A stretch of 32,000 nt of DNA from Pararhizobium sp. IMCC21322. GTDB lineage: Bacteria; Pseudomonadota; Alphaproteobacteria; Rhizobiales; GCA-2746425. A program made the position numbers and the translations under genes. Location of the stretch: NCBI RefSeq assembly GCF_030758295.1, contig NZ_CP132335.1, positions 812,412 to 844,411 on the forward strand. The letters are read 5' to 3'. This document shows positions 14,472 to 23,554 of this stretch, piece by piece. Below the pieces are notes generated by a model, which was given only the letters and a program-made list of their open reading frames with translations, made no database searches and was not told where the DNA came from. Numbering within the stretch: the stretch's first letter is position 1; the number at the start of each line of letters is the position of its first letter.

Positions 14472-14572
14472 GCCAGGCTCCAGTTATACCTAGGAGACAG
14501 ATGGCAAACCGTTGCTTTATCCGCAAGTACGCACCATGTTGATACATACATACAAAAAGGATACCATAAATC

Positions 14573-14905
14573 ATGAAAGCACATGAGGCCTATGACTGCG
14601 CGGATGGATGCCCTGTTGAGGCAACATTAGAAATTATTGGAGGTAAATGGAAAGGCGTGATCCTGTTCCACCTTCTGCAAGGCACAAAAAGATTTAGTGA
14701 ACTAAAACGAGAAATGGGTTCGGTCACGCAGCGTATGCTGACGAAACAATTGCGCGAACTAGAAGCTTCAGGCTTAGTAAACCGTAAAGTTTACCCGGTT
14801 GTTCCACCCAAAGTTGAGTATACTTTATCTCCCAAAGGTATGACGTTAGAACCAATTTTAAATTCGCTTAGAAATTGGGGCGAAACGCATATTTTGACCG
14901 ACTGA
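14573..14905 (+). CDS. HxlR-family winged-helix transcriptional regulator
   Basis: [77 protein letters not shown] is a textbook HxlR domain. The gene is divergent from the NmrA gene, with a 101-bp shared promoter region. Confidence 0.9.
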   Translation: MKAHEAYDCADGCPVEATLEIIGGKWKGVILFHLLQGTKRFSELKREMGSVTQRMLTKQLRELEASGLVNRKVYPVVPPKVEYTLSPKGMTLEPILNSLRNWGETHILTD

Positions 14906-15419
14906 GAGCAGATCAATATGTCCGCTATTGAGCGGAAAACGGAAAGTCTGTTTTTTGGATTCAAACGTGGCAAAAGTGAATATTGCGTTAGGTCGTATCC
15001 GACCCTGCTCGTGGAAGAGCATTATCATTCTGCATGCCCGCTGCGGCCCCTAACCGCACCATGTATGCAATCCGCCGTTCATCAACCCGTTGTACTGTTT
15101 GCCGGGTATCGGCGTGGCGATGATGCGAACGCGTGCGGCATCGGCGAAGTCTAAGGTCGCTAGGCAAGGCTGATGGAATTGATCTGCCGATAATTTTACC
15201 TCAGCCCAACGTTCGTTTCGCTACGATCATCCTGCACCAGCCGATACTCCTGGAGTGTTTCCACTCGACTATCGGTTGAGCCGCCCCGCCATTTCCCTGT
15301 CTTTCTACGCTAACACCCTACTACGCCCCTGACGCTATTGCACTGGACCAGTTTGCGGTTCTTTTAATCGTCCCATATCCGGGGCCGTCTTGTGACTTCC
15401 CCTCCAGACGGGGACGTAC

Positions 15420-16400
15420 ATGGCGACATCTCACCAATATTCCGAGGCGGTTTCACGCGGGTCGCGCATGCTGCGCACCGCGCTTGGACCTGCCATCGCC
15501 AAGTATCTCGACGACGAACAGATCGTCGAGATCATGCTCAATCCTGATGGGCGGCTCTGGATCGACCGGCTCTCCGACGGCCTCGCGGCAACCGAGCATA
15601 GTCTTTCCGCTGCCGACGGCGAACGGATCGTCCGTCTTGTCGCGCATCATGTCGGAGCCGAGGTTCATGCGGACGCACCGCGCGTTTCGGCCGAGCTTCC
15701 CGAGACGGGGGAGCGGTTCGAAGGGCTTTTGCCTCCAGTCGTCACTGCACCGACCTTCGCGATCCGCAAGCCCGCAGTCGCGATCTTCACGCTCGACGAT
15801 TACGTCTCCGCAGAAATCATGTCTGAGCGCCAAGCGGAGATACTGCGGGATGCAGTCGCCGCTCGCCGAAACATTCTGGTCGTTGGCGGCACCTCGACCG
15901 GCAAGACCACACTTACCAACGCATTGCTCGCCGAAGTCGCCAAGACCAATGACCGCGTCGTGCTGATCGAGGACACGCGCGAGTTGCAATGCGCCGCGCC
16001 GAACCTGGTCGCCTTGCGGACCAAGGATCAGGTCATCTCACTGTCCGATCTTGTGCGCTCCTCGCTCCGGCTGCGCCCCGACCGTATTCCAATCGGCGAG
16101 GTGCGCGGCCCCGAAGCGCTCGATCTCCTGAAGGCCTGGGGCACCGGTCATCCGGGCGGCATCGGCACGATCCATGCCGGGTCTGCCCTCGGTGCGCTGC
16201 GTCGGATGGAGCAGCTCATCCAGGAAGCGGTCGTAACCGTGCCGCGAACGCTGATCGCCGAGACGATCGACGTCGTTGCATTGCTCTCGGGACGCGGGTC
16301 CGCCCGCCGTCTCACCGAGCTCGTGCGCGTCGAAAGTCTCGATCCATCGGGCGATTACCGCCTCAGCTCCGCAACTCCAGACTGCAAAGGAACCTCCTGA
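15420..16400 (+). CDS. trbB: P-type conjugative transfer ATPase TrbB (VirB11 family)
   Basis: Walker A is [17 protein letters not shown]. The family motifs LIEDTRELQ and [15 protein letters not shown] are present. Confidence 0.92.
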   Translation: MATSHQYSEAVSRGSRMLRTALGPAIAKYLDDEQIVEIMLNPDGRLWIDRLSDGLAATEHSLSAADGERIVRLVAHHVGAEVHADAPRVSAELPETGERFEGLLPPVVTAPTFAIRKPAVAIFTLDDYVSAEIMSERQAEILRDAVAARRNILVVGGTSTGKTTLTNALLAEVAKTNDRVVLIEDTRELQCAAPNLVALRTKDQVISLSDLVRSSLRLRPDRIPIGEVRGPEALDLLKAWGTGHPGGIGTIHAGSALGALRRMEQLIQEAVVTVPRTLIAETIDVVALLSGRGSARRLTELVRVESLDPSGDYRLSSATPDCKGTS

Positions 16401-16732
16401 TGCTTCAACATTTCCTTCAAAACCGCCGCCAGTTCGAAGCAATCTGCATCGCCCTGTTCGTTTCGCTCGCCATGGCCAGCACCGCGCGCGCCGCCGGATC
16501 GTCCATGCCGTGGGAAGCCCCGCTGCAGGCGATCCTGGAATCAATCGAAGGGCCGGTCGCCAAGATCATCGCGGTAATGATCATCATCATCACCGGCCTG
16601 ACGCTCGCCTTCGGCGACACGTCCGGCGGTGCGCGCAAGCTGATCCAGATCGTCTTCGGTCTGTCGATCGCCTTCGCTGCGTCGAGCTTCTTTCTCAGCT
16701 TCTTCTCGTTCGGCGGCGGGGCGGTGATCTGA
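16400..16732 (+). CDS. trbC: TrbC/VirB2 pilin precursor
   Basis: ATG 16400 overlaps the trbB stop codon (TGATG). A signal peptide (..LAMASTARAAG) is followed by two hydrophobic helices (IIAVMIIIITGLTLAF, IVFGLSIAFAASSFFLSFF). The listed ORF 15989..16732 shares the frame but its N-terminal part overlaps trbB. Confidence 0.85.
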   Translation: MLQHFLQNRRQFEAICIALFVSLAMASTARAAGSSMPWEAPLQAILESIEGPVAKIIAVMIIIITGLTLAFGDTSGGARKLIQIVFGLSIAFAASSFFLSFFSFGGGAVI

Positions 16733-16995
16733 TGGAGGATCCCGTTCCCGGCTTCACAATCCCGGTTCACCGCGCGCTGACCGAGCCGATCCTCCTGGGC
16801 GGCGCGCCGCGTACCATCGCGATCGCCAACGGCACACTTGCTGCCGCCATCGGGCTCGGCCTGCAGCTTTGGCTGGTCGGCATTCTGATCTGGGTGGCAG
16901 GCCACGCCGCTGCCGTCTGGGCCGCCAAGCGCGATCCGCTCTTTGCCGACGTGGTGCGCCGCCATGTGCGCATCCCCGGCCACTTGGGTTTGTGA
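16732..16995 (+). CDS. trbD: TrbD (VirB3-like) inner-membrane protein
   Basis: ATG 16732 overlaps the trbC stop codon. The sequence reads IPVHRALTEPILLGGAPR..AIANG..WAAKRDPLF. Size and position are typical. Confidence 0.85.
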   Translation: MEDPVPGFTIPVHRALTEPILLGGAPRTIAIANGTLAAAIGLGLQLWLVGILIWVAGHAAAVWAAKRDPLFADVVRRHVRIPGHLGL

Positions 16996-17002
16996 GGCAA
17001 TC

Positions 17003-19525
17003 ATGATGAACCTCGCAGAATATCGCCGCACGTCGAACCAACTGGCCGACTTCCTGCCTTGGGCCGTCCTTGTGGGTGACGGGGTCGTTCTCAACAAGGA
17101 CGGTTCGTTCCAGCGCACTGCGCGGTTTCGCGGGCCCGATCTCGACAGCGCGGTGCCTGCCGAACTGGTCGGGATCGCTGCACGCATCAATAACGCGCTG
17201 CGCCGTCTTGGGTCCGGATGGGCTGTCTTCGTCGAGGCACAACGGGTGCCCGCAAGCTCCTACCCTGAAAGCAGGTTTCCCGATGCCGCATCGGCGCTGG
17301 TCGATGCCGAGCGCAGGGCGCAGTTCGAAGAAGCTGGCGTCCATTTCGAGTCCGCCTATTTCCTGACGCTGCTGTTCCTGCCGCCCGCCGAAGACGCCGC
17401 CCGCGCCGAGCGGTTTCTTTATGAAGGCCGCGAGCGCGGAGCCGGGGCTAATGCGCATGAGACTCTGGTCGGGTTCGTCGACCGCACCGACCGCGTATTG
17501 CAGCTCATCGAAGGCTTCATGCCCGACTGCGTCTGGCTCGATGACGCCGAGACGCTGACGTACCTGCATTCGACAATCTCCACCAACGTTCAGCGCGTGC
17601 GCGTCCCCGAGGTGCCAATGCATCTGGACGCGCTACTGGCCGATCAGCCGCTGACTGCCGGGCTAGAGCCGATGCTTGGGTCAGCGCATCTGCGGGTGCT
17701 GACCATCACCGGATTTCCGAGCGCAACGACGCCCGGGATCCTCGACGACCTCAACCGGCTCGCCTTTCCCTATCGCTGGTCGACGCGTGCCATCATGCTC
17801 GACAAGACTGACGCCACACGGCTGCTCATCAAGATCAGGCGGCAATGGTTTGCCAAGCGCAAATCCATCGCGGCGATCCTCAAGGAGATCATGACCAACG
17901 AGTCCTCGGCGCTTCTGGACACCGACGCGCATAACAAGGCGATGGATGCCGATGCAGCTCTTCAAGAGCTGGGCTCCGACTTGATCGGCGAAGCCTATGT
18001 CACTGCGACTGTCACAGTCTGGGACGCAGACCCGCGCATCGCAGACGAGAAGCTGCGATTGGTCGAGAAGGTCATTCAAGGCCGCGACTTCACCTGCATC
18101 GCGGAGACTGTGAACGCCGTCGAAGCCTGGCTCGGTTCCTTGCCCGGCCATGTCTACGCCAATGTGCGACAGCCGCCAGTCTCGACGCTCAACCTCGCCC
18201 ATATGATTCCACTATCTGCAGTGTGGGCAGGGCCGGAACGGGACGCGCATTTTGCAGCGCCCCCGCTACTCTTCGGTCAGACCGAAGGCGCGACCCCGTT
18301 CCGGTTTTCCCTGCATGTCGGCGATGTCGGCCACACGCTGGTGGTCGGACCAACCGGTGCGGGCAAGTCGGTGCTATTGGCGCTAATGGCGCTGCAGTTC
18401 CGGCGCTATGAGAACGCACAGGTTTTTGCATTCGATTTCGGCGGTTCGATCCGCGCCGCAGCGCTGGCCATGGGCGGGGAATGGTACGATATGGGCGGCG
18501 CGCTGTCCGACGATGCATCGGATCCGGTCTCCCTGCAGCCACTTGCCCGGATCGACCAAGAGAGCGAACGCATCTGGGCAGCCGCCTGGATCGCCGGTCT
18601 GCTCGGCCGCGAAGGGGTCGAGATCGGCCCGCTCTACCGCGATCACATCTGGTCGGCGCTTTCCAGTCTCGCCTCCGCGCCAAGAGAAGAGCGGACGCTC
18701 ACCGGTCTCGCCATTATCCTGCAATCGGCCGAACTCAAACGCGCCCTGCAACCCTATACACTCGACGGTCCCTGGGGCAGCCTGCTCGACGCCGATAGCG
18801 AGGCGTTTGGCGATGCGCGCGTTCAGGCGTTCGAGACCGAGGGCTTGATCGGCACCGATGCCGCACCTGCCGTGCTCGCCTATCTGTTCCACCGCATCGA
18901 ACACCGGCTCGACGGGTCGCCAACCCTATTGATCATCGACGAAGGCTGGCTGGCGCTCGACGACAAGGGCTTTGCCGGGCAGCTGCGCGAATGGCTCAAG
19001 ACATTGCGCAAGAAGAACGCCAGCGTCATTTTCGCCACCCAGTCGCTGTCGGATATCGACGGCTCGGCCATCGCGCCAGCGATCATCGAGAGCTGTCCGA
19101 CCCGGCTGTTCCTGCCCAACGAACGCGCGATCGAACCGCAGATCACCGCCATCTATCGCCGTTTCGGTCTGAACGACCGCCAGATCGAAATCCTCAGCCG
19201 GGCAGCACCAAAGCGCGACTATTACTGCCAGTCGCGGCGCGGCAATCGGCTGTTTGAACTCGGGCTCGGCGAGGTCGCGCTCGCCTTTACTGCGACATCG
19301 GCCAAGACCGACCAGGCCACCATCGCCCGCATATTAGAGGAGCATGGCCGTGACGCGTTTGCCGCCGCCTGGCTCTGCGAACGCGGCGTCGATTGGGCTG
19401 CGGACCTGATTCCGAACCTCACCAATCTCAGGGGCGTCGAAGCCGTCGATGAGTTTGAAACTCAGATCGCGCTCGACCTGTCCGAAGACCCAACCACCCC
19501 CACCGAAAAGGAGACTTCGCCATGA
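17003..19525 (+). CDS. trbE: TrbE (VirB4 family) ATPase
   Basis: Walker A is VVGPTGAGKSVLLALM and Walker B is LLIIDEGW. A GAGG lies 5 nt upstream of ATG 17003. The listed start at 16943 overlaps trbD. Confidence 0.92.
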   Translation: MMNLAEYRRTSNQLADFLPWAVLVGDGVVLNKDGSFQRTARFRGPDLDSAVPAELVGIAARINNALRRLGSGWAVFVEAQRVPASSYPESRFPDAASALVDAERRAQFEEAGVHFESAYFLTLLFLPPAEDAARAERFLYEGRERGAGANAHETLVGFVDRTDRVLQLIEGFMPDCVWLDDAETLTYLHSTISTNVQRVRVPEVPMHLDALLADQPLTAGLEPMLGSAHLRVLTITGFPSATTPGILDDLNRLAFPYRWSTRAIMLDKTDATRLLIKIRRQWFAKRKSIAAILKEIMTNESSALLDTDAHNKAMDADAALQELGSDLIGEAYVTATVTVWDADPRIADEKLRLVEKVIQGRDFTCIAETVNAVEAWLGSLPGHVYANVRQPPVSTLNLAHMIPLSAVWAGPERDAHFAAPPLLFGQTEGATPFRFSLHVGDVGHTLVVGPTGAGKSVLLALMALQFRRYENAQVFAFDFGGSIRAAALAMGGEWYDMGGALSDDASDPVSLQPLARIDQESERIWAAAWIAGLLGREGVEIGPLYRDHIWSALSSLASAPREERTLTGLAIILQSAELKRALQPYTLDGPWGSLLDADSEAFGDARVQAFETEGLIGTDAAPAVLAYLFHRIEHRLDGSPTLLIIDEGWLALDDKGFAGQLREWLKTLRKKNASVIFATQSLSDIDGSAIAPAIIESCPTRLFLPNERAIEPQITAIYRRFGLNDRQIEILSRAAPKRDYYCQSRRGNRLFELGLGEVALAFTATSAKTDQATIARILEEHGRDAFAAAWLCERGVDWAADLIPNLTNLRGVEAVDEFETQIALDLSEDPTTPTEKETSP

Positions 19526-20289
19526 CTACCAAGCAACTTCATTTACGCAGGTTCGCAATTGCCCTGATGGCCGCGCCGATTGTGCTGTCGCCAGTGCTGG
19601 CAGCGCCCGCACAGGCCCAGTTTGGGCGGATCGTTTACGACCCGACCAATTACGCCCAGAACGTCATGCAGGCGGCCCGCGCCCTCGAACAGATCAACCA
19701 TCAGATTACCTCGCTCCAGAACGAGGCGCAGATGCTGATCAATCAGGCACGCAATCTGGCGAGCCTTCCACATTCCTCACTGCAACAATTGCAGCAATCG
19801 GTGGCGCGCACGCAAGCGCTTCTCAGCGAAGCCCAGCAGATCGCCTACAATGTGCAAGATATCGATCAAGCCTTCGAGACGACCTATGGTGACGCCTCGA
19901 TGACCGCTTCCGATCAATCTTTGATTGAGGGGGCGAAACAGCGCTGGCAAACGACCGTCGCGGGTCTGCAGGATTCCATGCGCGTCCAGGCGGGCGTGGT
20001 CGGCAATATCGAAACCAATCGCCAGCAGATGTCCGAGCTTGTCGGTGCCAGCCAGTCGGCGACCGGCGCGTTGCAAGCGACACAAGCGGGGAACCAGCTC
20101 CTCGCGCTGCAGGCGCAGCAGATTGCCGATCTGACAGCCGTCATCGCGGCGCAAAGCCGCGCGCAGAACCTCGAAGCTGCCCAGCGGGCCGCTGCGCAGG
20201 AACAGGCACGCGAGCAACGACGCCGCTTTCTCGAACCCGGCGAAGGCTACCGGCCTGGCAACGCCGAGATGTTCCCGGGCGAAGAATGA
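19522..20289 (+). CDS. trbJ: TrbJ (VirB5-like) periplasmic protein
   Basis: A signal peptide (..PVLAAPAQAQ) is followed by FGRIVYDPTNYAQNVMQAARALEQINHQITSLQNEAQML, a typical TrbJ N-terminus. The start overlaps the trbE stop codon (ATGA). Confidence 0.88.
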   Translation: MTTKQLHLRRFAIALMAAPIVLSPVLAAPAQAQFGRIVYDPTNYAQNVMQAARALEQINHQITSLQNEAQMLINQARNLASLPHSSLQQLQQSVARTQALLSEAQQIAYNVQDIDQAFETTYGDASMTASDQSLIEGAKQRWQTTVAGLQDSMRVQAGVVGNIETNRQQMSELVGASQSATGALQATQAGNQLLALQAQQIADLTAVIAAQSRAQNLEAAQRAAAQEQAREQRRRFLEPGEGYRPGNAEMFPGEE

Positions 20290-20558
20290 CGATGGGTCGG
20301 ACGGCACTTCCCAGGCTTGCTGCCGCCGTCTTTCTGATGATCGCGATCGTGGTCGCGGTCATCGAACTTGGCCGTGATGGAAAAGAGGTCCGTTTCTCTG
20401 AGCCCATCGCGGCGGTCTCAGATCCGCTGAGCGCCGAACTCCAGCGCTGTCAGGCGCTCGGCGACGCGGCCTTGGAGGACAAGTCCTGCCTCGATGTTTG
20501 GGCAGAGAACCGGCGGCGTTTTCTAACACCCGGATCACCGCTGGACGGAAGGGAGTAA
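20286..20558 (+). CDS. trbK: TrbK-alt-like small membrane-anchored protein (putative entry exclusion)
   Basis: It lies between trbJ and trbL. It has one TM segment and then two Cys (..LQRCQALGDAALEDKSCLDVWAENRRRFL), as I recall for the TrbK-alt family. The start overlaps the trbJ stop codon. Confidence 0.6.
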   Translation: MTMGRTALPRLAAAVFLMIAIVVAVIELGRDGKEVRFSEPIAAVSDPLSAELQRCQALGDAALEDKSCLDVWAENRRRFLTPGSPLDGRE

Positions 20559-20562
20559 CACA

Positions 20563-21879
20563 ATGGGCGGCACAGGCGTCATCGATCGCTTCCTCGAAGT
20601 CTTTACCCGCTACATCGACAGCGGCTTCGGTCTCTTGGGCGGCGAAGTCGCGTTCCTTGCGACGACGCTAATCGTCATCGACGTCACGTTGGCGGCGCTA
20701 TTTTGGGCCTGGGGTGCGGACGACGACATCCTTGCGCGGCTCGTCAAGAAGACGCTCTTTATCGGCATCTTCGCCTACATCATCTCCAACTGGAACGCGC
20801 TCGCCCGCATCATATTCGAAAGCTTCGCCGGTCTCGGCCTGCAGGCAACCGGCACCGGCTTTACAACCGCAGACCTTCTTCGCCCGGGCCGTGTCGCCCA
20901 GGTTGGTCTGGACGCTGGCCGCCCGATCCTCGAATCCATTTCCGACCTGATGGGTTTCGTCAGCTTCTTCGAGAATTTCATTCAGATCATCGTGTTGATG
21001 TTCGCTTGGGCAATGGTGCTGCTCGCCTTCTTCATCCTCGCGATCCAGCTCTTCATCACCCTTATCGAGTTTAAGCTGACGACGCTGGCGGGCTTTATTC
21101 TCATCCCGTTCGGGCTGTTCGGTAAAACCGCCTTCCTCGCCGAGCGCGTGCTCGGCAATGTCGTGTCGTCTGGCGTCAAAGTCCTGGTGCTCGCCGTGAT
21201 CATCGGCATCGGCTCGACGCTGTTTGCCGAGTTCACGGCCGGGTTCGGCGGTGACCAGCCCAGCATCGAGGACGCCATGGCAATCGTGCTGGCAGCACTC
21301 TCGTTGCTCGGTCTCGGTATCTTCGGCCCCGGTATCGCAAACGGATTGATCTCAGGCGGTCCGCAGCTGGGAGCCGGTGCGGCGATCGGAACCGGCGTTG
21401 CCGCTGCTGGCGTGACCGCAGCGGCGGTGGCCGGAACGGGCATAGCGGCGGGTGCGGTGGCGAAAGGAGCTGCCGCCGGAGCGCGCGGAGGTGCCGCCAT
21501 GAGCGGCGGAACCAGCGCCGCCTACAGTCTCGGGTCTACCGGAAAAAGCGGCGCATCAGCTGTTGCAGGCGGCATGGGCGGTGTCGCCCGAGCCGGAGCG
21601 GGCATTGCCGCCAGTCCTTTGAAGAAGGCTGCGGGCGCAATGCGTGACAGCGCCCGCAGCGGTGCGCGGACAGCGATCGAAGCGAGCGGCGGAACCTTCA
21701 AGGGCGGAGCCGTTGACGCCGCGTCTACCACTCCATCTTCCGCACAACCTAGCTGGGCCAAACGCATGAAGCGTTCGCAGTCCCTCCAACACGGCACGAC
21801 CGCCGCCGCCCATGCCGTCCGTTCGGGCGACAGCCACGGAGGCGGCGCATCCGTCAATCTCTCCGAAAGGGACAGCTGA
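20563..21879 (+). CDS. trbL: TrbL (VirB6-like) polytopic membrane protein with a Gly/Ala-rich C-terminal region
   Basis: GVIDRFLEVFTRYIDSGFGLLGGEV.. is a typical TrbL start. Multiple TM helices follow, and the position fits. Confidence 0.9.
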   Translation: MGGTGVIDRFLEVFTRYIDSGFGLLGGEVAFLATTLIVIDVTLAALFWAWGADDDILARLVKKTLFIGIFAYIISNWNALARIIFESFAGLGLQATGTGFTTADLLRPGRVAQVGLDAGRPILESISDLMGFVSFFENFIQIIVLMFAWAMVLLAFFILAIQLFITLIEFKLTTLAGFILIPFGLFGKTAFLAERVLGNVVSSGVKVLVLAVIIGIGSTLFAEFTAGFGGDQPSIEDAMAIVLAALSLLGLGIFGPGIANGLISGGPQLGAGAAIGTGVAAAGVTAAAVAGTGIAAGAVAKGAAAGARGGAAMSGGTSAAYSLGSTGKSGASAVAGGMGGVARAGAGIAASPLKKAAGAMRDSARSGARTAIEASGGTFKGGAVDAASTTPSSAQPSWAKRMKRSQSLQHGTTAAAHAVRSGDSHGGGASVNLSERDS

Positions 21880-22562
21880 TGTTCAAACGACCCTCCCTCC
21901 GCTACGGCAAGACGCCAGAACCCGAGACCCCCTATCAGAAAGCCGCGCAGGTCTGGGACGAACGCATCGGCTCCGCCCGCGTCCAGGCCAAGAATTGGCG
22001 CATCATGGCTTTTGGATCATTGCTGCTCGCAGGCGGCTTAGCGGGTGGTCTGGTCTGGCAATCCGCACGCGGCACGATTCAGCCTTGGGTGGTTGAGGTT
22101 GATAATCTGGGCGAGGCCCAAACCGTCGCGCCCGCAACTGCCGACTACCGCCCGACCGATCCGCAAATCGCCTATCACCTCGCACATTTCATCGAGCGCG
22201 TCCGGTCGATCACCGCTGACCCCGTTGTTGTGCGGCAGAACTGGCTGCGCGCCTACGACTTCACCACCGATCGCGGTGCACTGGCATTGAACGACTACGC
22301 CCGCGCCAACGATCCCTTCGCCAAGGTCGGCGAGATGCAGATTTCGGTCGACGTCTCCAGCGTCATCCGTGCCTCACCCGACAGCTTTCGCATCGCCTGG
22401 ACCGAGCGGCGCTACCAGGATGGCAGTCTCGCGCGCACCGAGCGCTGGACAGCCATCCTCACCATCTCGGTGCAGCCGCCGCGCACCACCGAACGGCTGC
22501 GGAAGAACCCCCTCGGCATTTACGTCCATGCTATCAACTGGTCGCGGGAGCTGCAGGAATGA
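21879..22562 (+). CDS. trbF: TrbF (VirB8-like)
   Basis: PYQKAAQVWDERIGSARVQAKNWRIMAF.. and ..DPQIAYHLAHFIERVRSI..VRQNWLRAY are TrbF motifs. The start overlaps the trbL stop codon. Confidence 0.9.
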   Translation: MFKRPSLRYGKTPEPETPYQKAAQVWDERIGSARVQAKNWRIMAFGSLLLAGGLAGGLVWQSARGTIQPWVVEVDNLGEAQTVAPATADYRPTDPQIAYHLAHFIERVRSITADPVVVRQNWLRAYDFTTDRGALALNDYARANDPFAKVGEMQISVDVSSVIRASPDSFRIAWTERRYQDGSLARTERWTAILTISVQPPRTTERLRKNPLGIYVHAINWSRELQE

Positions 22563-23554
22563 GACATTCATGTTCCGCACTACCGCTCGCCGTGGTCACG
22601 GCACTCCTGCTGTCCGGCTGCGCGACCTACAAGCCGCCCGAAATTACCTACGACAGCGATGTGCCACCACTCCCGACACCTCCGCCGCCGGTCGTCGAGC
22701 AGCCACCGACGGCTGTTCACACGCCGCCTGCTTGGACGCCGTCGCGTGGCGGCGAGAATGCAGGGACTCCAGAGGCCCGCGTCATCAACGCCAATGCCGC
22801 CGCCCGCGTCGAACCGCGCCGCGAGGGCTATTACAACGCAATCCAAGTGTTCCCCTATAGCGAGGGCGCACTCTATCAGATCTATGCGGCTCCGGGTCAG
22901 ATCACCAATATCGCGCTCGAACCCGGAGAGCGATTGACCGGTGACGGGCCGATTGCTGCTGGCGATACCGCGCGCTGGATCATCGGCGATACGACAAGCG
23001 GCAGCGGACGTGCAGAGCGTGTCCATATCCTCGTCAAACCGACCCGGCCGGAAATTTCCACCAATCTCGTCATCAGCACGGACCGGCGCGCCTATCTCGT
23101 TGAACTGCGCGCGAACGAGAGCTCCTATATGCCGTCGGTCGCGTGGTCCTATCCGCAGGTTCGTACACAGACACGGGCACCTGCCGTGGCGCAGCCGACC
23201 ATTCCTCCCGCGTCCCACCGCCGCTACCGCTATGGACTGCAGGGTGATAGCCCGCCCTGGCGGCCGCAGACCGTCTTCGATGATGGACGGCGCGTCTATG
23301 TCGTCTTCCCGCGCGGCATCGTTCAGGGTGAGATGCCGCCACTGTTTGTGATCAGCGCGGATGGCGAAGCACAACTCGTCAATACGCGCGTGCATCGCAA
23401 CATCCTTATCGTCGACCGATTATTCGCCGCCGCCGAACTGAGGCTGGGCGGAGACAACCAGCAGATGGTCCGGATCGTGCGCACCGACGGCGTGCGGCAA
23501 CGCCCGTCTCCAGTCGTGCCCGACGACGCCCGGTCCGGGACGCCCAACAAATGA
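22559..23554 (+). CDS. trbG: TrbG (VirB9-like) lipoprotein
   Basis: A lipobox LLLSGC is present. The conserved core reads FPYSEGALYQIYAAPGQITNIALEPGE...RWIIGDT. The start overlaps the trbF stop codon. Confidence 0.9.
   Translation: MRHSCSALPLAVVTALLLSGCATYKPPEITYDSDVPPLPTPPPPVVEQPPTAVHTPPAWTPSRGGENAGTPEARVINANAAARVEPRREGYYNAIQVFPYSEGALYQIYAAPGQITNIALEPGERLTGDGPIAAGDTARWIIGDTTSGSGRAERVHILVKPTRPEISTNLVISTDRRAYLVELRANESSYMPSVAWSYPQVRTQTRAPAVAQPTIPPASHRRYRYGLQGDSPPWRPQTVFDDGRRVYVVFPRGIVQGEMPPLFVISADGEAQLVNTRVHRNILIVDRLFAAAELRLGGDNQQMVRIVRTDGVRQRPSPVVPDDARSGTPNK

Larger units (their letters stand above)
13364..15150. other. AT-richer insertion between the RHH gene and the trbB upstream region; boundaries are approximate
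   Basis: Hand counts of 60-nt lines give 35-45% GC at 13621, 14101, 14161, 14221 and 14401, against 55-68% in the flanking trb/tra genes. Codons such as tta, aaa, gaa and att are frequent in both enclosed genes. Confidence 0.7.

Noticed and set aside
13500-14930. An imperfect 10-bp direct repeat, tccgctaAtg (13500-13509) and tccgctaTtg (14921-14930), bracketing both cassette genes; a possible target-site duplication or att-like repeat.
   Set aside because: A 9/10 match between two ~200-bp search zones is expected about once by chance. No recombinase is present to give it meaning.
15229-15235. A second ATCCTGC heptamer in the spacer upstream of trbB, which could be an alternative oriT nick site.
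   Set aside because: No adjacent inverted repeat of note (only the AACGTT hexamer) and it is not next to the relaxase gene. About four chance occurrences of a 7-mer are expected in 32 kb on both strands.
16417-17623. Long - strand ORFs of 257 and 289 aa antisense to trbC, trbD and trbE. Similar long ORFs lie opposite or off-frame to real genes, for example 456..1022, 8116..8646, 11640..12146, 12246..12854, 15453..15989, 20982..21500, 22580..23395 and 23323..23946.
   Set aside because: Their translations are Arg/Ala/Pro/Gly-rich low-complexity sequence with no motifs. They fully overlap genes that carry clear family signatures. They are the typical shadow ORFs of GC-rich DNA.
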